Origin: a candidate division WOR-3 bacterium
Lineage (GTDB): Bacteria; Hydrothermota; Tepidihabitantia; Tepidihabitantales; Tepidihabitantaceae
Direction: 5' to 3'
DNA length: 11,431 bases
NCBI GenBank assembly: GCA_039801225.1
Contig: JBDRUH010000049.1
Coordinates: 1-11,431 of the forward strand
Shown piece by piece: positions 7,109 through 11,431 of this stretch. Under the pieces are notes generated by a model that was given only the letters and a program-made list of their open reading frames with translations, had not been told where the DNA came from and ran no database searches. The position numbers and the translations under genes were made by a program. Position 1 is the stretch's first letter; each line of letters starts with the position of its first letter.

Positions 7109-8429
7109 TGGCATCCCCAGAAGCAGTAGAGGCTTTCCAGAAATAAACACCACTCTTTATTATCGGGTGATTATAGGTTATGTCAACATCACCATTGTAG
7201 CACTGGGCGGAAAGGGAGGCGATTTTTCTCCCGGTAACATCCATAATTGAGAGTTTCACCGGTCCAGGTGCACATTTTACCGAAAATATATGGAAGGTCT
7301 GGGTGGAACGGACGCCTACCTTCACTTCTGAAAGTAGGCTTATGCCGAGTCCCTGCTTGCCTTCCTGTTCAGGTGGTGGCACCCAGCGATAGAAGTTTGG
7401 ACCTGAAGGCACTAGAGTCTGCGTGCCGAACTCAGCATAGGCGATGCCTTCCCAATGAAGGGCGGTAATTGCAGCTCCACCTCGCACAGGTTCGGAAGTA
7501 GTATCATCAGGATAATATACTGCGTTGTTCACCACATCATAAAAACCAAAGTAGCGATCTATTTCTCCCAAGAGAAATATCGTGCTATCCCGGTAATGGG
7601 AGGTCATACAGGCGCCGTCACTAAGTTTTGCATATTTCCCTGGCCTAAACGGATGAGGAATGTCACAGCCGTCATACCATGTATTTCGGTCCGGGTAATA
7701 AAGGTGAAAGTGACCTTTCTCCTGATAGTTCTTCATCGCAACAACTAAACCCATCGGATAATGCTGCCGATCGTTCATTGGAAGCCAAACGAGGGCGGGA
7801 AAGTATCGGTGTGTCATTCCGGGAATATCAGGCATATCCGTCCAGGATCCATCAAGTGGTGCTTCAGGCTCATGAGGAGTCCGTGGAAAGTGATACCGCC
7901 AGAAGCGGCCACACGGCTCTCCCCCAACCTCGTAGTCCTGACCGCTAAAGGCGTAGAGCACATAGTACTCCCTGCCCCATAATTCTTGAACTCCACCATA
8001 GCAGAGTGCTCCTCCTTCAACAACCGAGTCGGGGATATCAGGTGCCCGGTGCCAATCTCCGTCAAAGAACCAGAACTCCTTCGTGTTGTCTCCCCTCAAG
8101 GCGAAGACCCAGCCGCTTGCAGGAGAGGCGTCCAAGTTAGGGACATAGGCGAGGGCAGCGCCTAGACCAGGCGAAAACGGTGGGGACTGAGGGTCTTCTT
8201 CCCATCTGTTTTGATTGATGTCATATCGGCAGAAGAAATCCGCCTGCGCGCCATTCTGGAGAAACCAGACATAATTCCTGCCATTTCCTGCTCCGGCGCA
8301 GAGTGCAGACCCCAACTCTGCCCCAACTTGCTTAGGAGGGTCCGCTAACTCCTCCCAACCAGCTTGGAGAGGTGCGACAAGAAGTAGACACAAGACTATC
8401 AAATAAACTGTTGCTTTTTTGTTTTTCAT
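7083..8429 (-). CDS. Secreted kelch-like beta-propeller protein with T9SS type A-like C-terminal sorting domain
   Basis: Start ATG 8429 has SD AAGGAG (8440-8435). Signal peptide MKNKKATVYLIVLCLLLVAPLQA. Repeats LGSALC, LGAALAY, EGGALCY, DGACMT and RGGAAIT with W...P spacing. Tail LSIMDVTGRKI..SGVYFW..KLVIAK. Confidence 0.82.
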   Translation of the reverse strand: MKNKKATVYLIVLCLLLVAPLQAGWEELADPPKQVGAELGSALCAGAGNGRNYVWFLQNGAQADFFCRYDINQNRWEEDPQSPPFSPGLGAALAYVPNLDASPASGWVFALRGDNTKEFWFFDGDWHRAPDIPDSVVEGGALCYGGVQELWGREYYVLYAFSGQDYEVGGEPCGRFWRYHFPRTPHEPEAPLDGSWTDMPDIPGMTHRYFPALVWLPMNDRQHYPMGLVVAMKNYQEKGHFHLYYPDRNTWYDGCDIPHPFRPGKYAKLSDGACMTSHYRDSTIFLLGEIDRYFGFYDVVNNAVYYPDDTTSEPVRGGAAITALHWEGIAYAEFGTQTLVPSGPNFYRWVPPPEQEGKQGLGISLLSEVKVGVRSTQTFHIFSVKCAPGPVKLSIMDVTGRKIASLSAQCYNGDVDITYNHPIIKSGVYFWKASTASGDANGKLVIAK

Positions 8430-8491
8430 CTCAACTCCTTTCTTTAACAGTCCTTTTTCTCTACCCATACACCACAAAATATGCTTTATTT

Positions 8492-8521
8492 AATTCTCCA
8501 GACCCTAATGTCTGGAGAATT
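8492..8521. promoter_or_regulatory. 12-bp perfect inverted repeat upstream of the kelch-like gene
   Basis: aattctccagac-cctaat-gtctggagaatt. Confidence 0.55.
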
Positions 8522-8577
8522 TACCTGCCGGCAATCACTTCACCAGAAAAATTATAGAACCTGTTGGACCAAAATGA

Positions 8578-8605
8578 TAGAGTAGAGTAGAGTAGAGTAG
8601 AGTAG
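8578..8605. repeat. Pentanucleotide microsatellite (TAGAG)5.6
   Basis: tagag x5 plus tag, perfect. Confidence 0.95.
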
Positions 8606-8621
8606 CAGCATCACCATAGTT

Positions 8622-8651
8622 AATTTAAACATAAATTTTACCCTTTGTCAA
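8622..8651 (-). promoter_or_regulatory. Candidate sigma70 promoter upstream of the kelch-like gene
   Basis: TTGACA(8651-8646)-N18-TAAATT(8627-8622) in AT-rich context. A second perfect TATAAT at 8556-8551 lacks a clear -35. Confidence 0.45.
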
Positions 8652-8700
8652 GTTTTTTGTATAAGTCAAATTCCTGTGCGAGATTTTGGCTTTTCCCCAG

Positions 8701-8880
8701 CAAACAAGAAGGGGCAATTCATGAATTGCCCCTACGGTAATGGATTGCTTCGCTAAAGCCTGCCCCGAGCGAACAGGCTGACGGCCGACAGCCGTCAGGG
8801 AAGTTCGGAATGACGGAGCGAGAAGGCTCGGAATAACAGGAGAAGCAAGGCTGAAGCCTTGCCCTACTACCAAACAAGAA
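8701..8880. repeat. Cluster of REP-like and nested palindromic elements flanked by a 10-bp direct repeat
   Basis: GTAG-type REPs on the minus strand: GTAGGGGCAATTCATGAATTGCCCCT (8735-8710) and GTAGGGCAAGGCTTCAGCCTTGC (8867-8845). A central nested element spans about 8743-8837. CAAACAAGAA occurs at 8701-8710 and 8871-8880. Confidence 0.8.
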
Positions 8881-11431
8881 CTACTTTGTAATCACCACCT
8901 TCCTTTCTATTGAAGAACCACCCCTGATAAAATAGACACCAGGGGGAAGATGGCGAACATCATTGGCACCGGGGTAAAGTTCCAGCACCTTACGCCCGGA
9001 GATGTCAAGGAGGACCGAAGACCGGGGACCGGCGACCGTCTTCCGTCTTCCGTCTTCCGTCCCTAACTTCAGCACATTGCGGACAATTGTTGCGTTTAGC
9101 CGTGAGCCTTTAGCCGTTGGCTGAGAGCGTTCTTTTATCCCGGTGAGTGGATTCATCTTGCCCCAGATACGGTCGGTGTTATAGTTCTTGCCGTTAACCA
9201 TCTCGGTCCAGCCTTGATATAGTAAAAGAATTTGGCTACCTCCTTTTGCGAGCACTGGATACCGCTGGATTCCCTTTTGCGTAACAGCCGCGCCTTCGTC
9301 AAAAACCGTTCCATCTGAGTTCACCCTGGCACCATAAAGGTCAGCCGGTCCACTGCGCTCATCCTGCCAGACGATTAGAAAGTTTACGCCATCAAACACA
9401 ACCATTGGATACTCCTGGCTGTTGATAGCGTTACAGACGGCAATGCCCTCCTGGTCAAGAACCGAACCAGTAGGGGTTACTCGGGCGGCGTAAATATCAG
9501 GGAGGAATCCGTTGCGTTTATCCTGCCACACTACCAGATAGTTAGTTCCGTCAAAGGCAACCGCCGGGTACACCTGCTCGGTATAGGCGGTAGAAATGGC
9601 AATGCCCGCCGGGTCAAGGACTACTCTTCCCGGTGTTACCCGCGCACCATACAGGTCAAATAAACCACTGCGTTCATCTTGCCAGACTATTAGGTAGTTA
9701 GTTCCATCAAAGGCAACCGCCGGATACACCTGCTCATTTACCGCGGTTGAAATGGCAAAGCCTTGTTGGTCAACGACAATTCCCTCTGGTGTCACCCTTG
9801 TTCCGTAGATGTCGCCGATGTTCCCGTTACGCCGGTCTGACCAGACGACCAGAAAGTTTGCGCCATCAAAGGCAACCGCGGGAGAGAGTTGGTTATTTGT
9901 TGCGGTTGATATTGGAATACCATTGGAGTCAATGACTACCCCATCAGGAGTTACCCGGGCACCATAGATGTCAAACTCCGAGCCTTTGCGCTCATCCTGC
10001 CACACTACCAGATAGTTAGTTCCGTCAAAGGCAACCGCCGGAAACTCCTGGCTGTTTGTGGCGTTTGAAATGGCAAAGCCAGTTTGGTCAAGGACAACCC
10101 CATCAGAATTTACCCGGGCGCCATAAATATCGCCGGTTTGTCCGTTCCGGTAGTCCTGCCACACCACCAGGTAGTTTGTGCCATCAAAAGAGGCTGCGGG
10201 AAACTCCTGTTGAGTTACCCCGGATGTTATAAAGATGCCGTTTGGGTCAAGGACAACCTTATCTGGGGTCACCCGCGCGCCATAGATGTCTGAGGGTCCG
10301 CTACGCCCGTCCTCCCAGAGCACAAAATAACAATTGCCGCCAAAGGCGAGTGCCGGATACTCCTGGTGGCCAGATGCGGTGGAAATGGCAAACCCCTGAG
10401 GGTCAAGGACAGAACCATTTGGCGTTACCCGCGCGCCATAGATGTCAAAGGCTTGTCCACTGCGGTCATCCTGCCAGACCACCAGGTAGTTTGTGCCGTC
10501 AAAGGCAACCGCCGGAGAGCCCTGCCTGCCGCTGTCAGAAGAGACGGTAAATCCCACCGAGTCAATAACAATTCCATCCTGAGTCACCCGCGCACCGTAA
10601 ATATCATAGCGACCTCCACTGCGCGAGTCTTGCCATACTATTAGATAATTTGTGCCATCAAAGGAGACTGCGGGAAACTCCTGCTTATCCACAGCGGTAG
10701 AAATGGGAATACCTGTAGTATCAAGGACAATACCTTCCTGGGTGACCCGGGTGCCATAAATATCCAGGTTATTACCGCTACGGTTGTCCTGCCACGCCAC
10801 AAGGTAGTTTGTGCCGTCAAACGCAACCACCGGAAACTCCTGCTGGTTTACCGCGGTAGAGATGGCAATACCTGCGGTATCAAGGACAACGCCATTAGGA
10901 GTTACCCGGGCGCCATAGATGTCTGAGGTTTCTCCGTTGCGTTGGTCTTGCCAGACAACCAAGTAGTTGGTGCCGTCAAAAGCGACTGTAGGAGCGAGTT
11001 GTGAGTTTTCTGCGGTGGTTATGGGAATACCATCAGGGTCAAGGAGAACTCCGTCAGGAGTTACCCGCGCACAATAGATGTCTGAGGAATTTCCGCTGCG
11101 GCTGTCCTGCCAGACCACAAGATAGTTGGTGCCGTCAAACGCAACCGCCGGAGAAAACTGTACAAACGCCGCGGTGGAGATGGCGATGCCACCCGGTTGA
11201 AGGACAACCCCATCAGGCGTTACAAGCGCACCGTAAATGTCAAACTCTGAGCTGCTACGGTTGTCCTGCCAGACCAAAAGGTAATTTGTGCCGTCAAAGG
11301 CAACCGCTGGAGACATCTGGTAGTTCGGTGCTGGTTGATAGGTGATAGATGTATCAATCAAGAATTCGCCATTTTCGGAAGGAGGAATTTCTATCGCTTC
11401 CGCCGAAGGAAACAGCCAAACTAAGAGTAGA
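8881..11431 (-). CDS. Secreted repeat protein, predicted tandem beta-propeller (14 FDGTNYLVVW-type repeats) with T9SS-like C-terminal sorting domain; 5' end outside window
   Basis: The frame stays open past 11361 to the window edge: ...LLLVWLFPSAEA|IEIPPSENGEFLIDTSITY, the end of a signal peptide. 13 repeats plus one degenerate. Tail LLDISGRKV..LPPGVYFI..KVVITK. Paralogue of 4778-7108. Confidence 0.88.
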   Translation of the reverse strand, partial: LLLVWLFPSAEAIEIPPSENGEFLIDTSITYQPAPNYQMSPAVAFDGTNYLLVWQDNRSSSEFDIYGALVTPDGVVLQPGGIAISTAAFVQFSPAVAFDGTNYLVVWQDSRSGNSSDIYCARVTPDGVLLDPDGIPITTAENSQLAPTVAFDGTNYLVVWQDQRNGETSDIYGARVTPNGVVLDTAGIAISTAVNQQEFPVVAFDGTNYLVAWQDNRSGNNLDIYGTRVTQEGIVLDTTGIPISTAVDKQEFPAVSFDGTNYLIVWQDSRSGGRYDIYGARVTQDGIVIDSVGFTVSSDSGRQGSPAVAFDGTNYLVVWQDDRSGQAFDIYGARVTPNGSVLDPQGFAISTASGHQEYPALAFGGNCYFVLWEDGRSGPSDIYGARVTPDKVVLDPNGIFITSGVTQQEFPAASFDGTNYLVVWQDYRNGQTGDIYGARVNSDGVVLDQTGFAISNATNSQEFPAVAFDGTNYLVVWQDERKGSEFDIYGARVTPDGVVIDSNGIPISTATNNQLSPAVAFDGANFLVVWSDRRNGNIGDIYGTRVTPEGIVVDQQGFAISTAVNEQVYPAVAFDGTNYLIVWQDERSGLFDLYGARVTPGRVVLDPAGIAISTAYTEQVYPAVAFDGTNYLVVWQDKRNGFLPDIYAARVTPTGSVLDQEGIAVCNAINSQEYPMVVFDGVNFLIVWQDERSGPADLYGARVNSDGTVFDEGAAVTQKGIQRYPVLAKGGSQILLLYQGWTEMVNGKNYNTDRIWGKMNPLTGIKERSQPTAKGSRLNATIVRNVLKLGTEDGRRKTVAGPRSSVLLDISGRKVLELYPGANDVRHLPPGVYFIRGGSSIERKVVITK
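9013..9061. repeat. Heptamer array (GACCGNN)4(TTCCGTC)3 within the sorting-domain coding region
   Basis: Read directly from the sequence; encodes TEDGRRKTVAGPRSSV. Confidence 0.8.

Noticed and set aside
8430..8477. ORF-track start at 8477 for the kelch-like gene
   Set aside because: ATG 8429 has an AAGGAG SD and begins a canonical signal peptide.
8430..8620. Known riboswitch in the long leader
   Set aside because: I could not recognise consensus motifs of c-di-GMP, TPP, SAM, cobalamin or fluoride riboswitches by eye. An Rfam scan is needed.
8625..8873. 82-aa ORF (MVVGQGFSLAS...VGAIHELPL...)
   Set aside because: It is a translation of the REP/palindrome cluster (VGQGFSLA and VGAIHELPL are the REPs themselves) and runs into the promoter region.
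5200..11330. CRISPR-like regularly spaced repeats (~150-160 bp period)
   Set aside because: The repeats are degenerate at third codon positions and lie in long ORFs, so they are protein repeats. No cas genes.
874..11345. The many short ORFs (60-175 aa) overlapping the main genes on other frames or strands
   Set aside because: These are shadow ORFs of well-supported genes. The similar antisense ORFs simply mirror the repeats and show no independent motifs.
11359..11361. ORF-track start at 11361 for the large repeat gene
   Set aside because: The frame is open to the window edge, encodes a signal-peptide end and aligns with the paralogue (NGEFLIDTSITY). The true start is outside the window.
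4778..11431. Diversity-generating retroelement template/variable repeat pair
   Set aside because: No reverse transcriptase in the window. Both copies are coding, and I saw no adenine-specific pattern in their differences.

Overview
Bacterial chromosomal segment; the protein types suggest candidate phylum WOR-3 or another FCB-related lineage (inference only). The left half holds housekeeping and envelope genes in two divergent pairs: a DUF2229/acyl-CoA dehydratase activase-related gene (-, runs off the left edge), an M23 peptidase (+), comF (-), lgt (-) and a GT-B glycosyltransferase-like gene (+). The right half is a tandem minus-strand array of three predicted secreted beta-propeller proteins with T9SS/Por-like C-terminal tails: two paralogues with FDGTNYLVVW repeats (12 and 14 repeats) flanking a kelch-like protein. 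Notable non-genic signals are: (i) all four divergently arranged genes have a sigma70 -10 box exactly 6 nt before the start codon, suggesting leaderless mRNAs; (ii) a family of nested palindromic repeats, one copy inserted in frame inside a coding gene; (iii) a 97-bp identical segment shared by the two paralogous sorting tails; (iv) a (TAGAG)n microsatellite within a small upstream ORF. No RNA genes, CRISPR arrays or transposases were seen.
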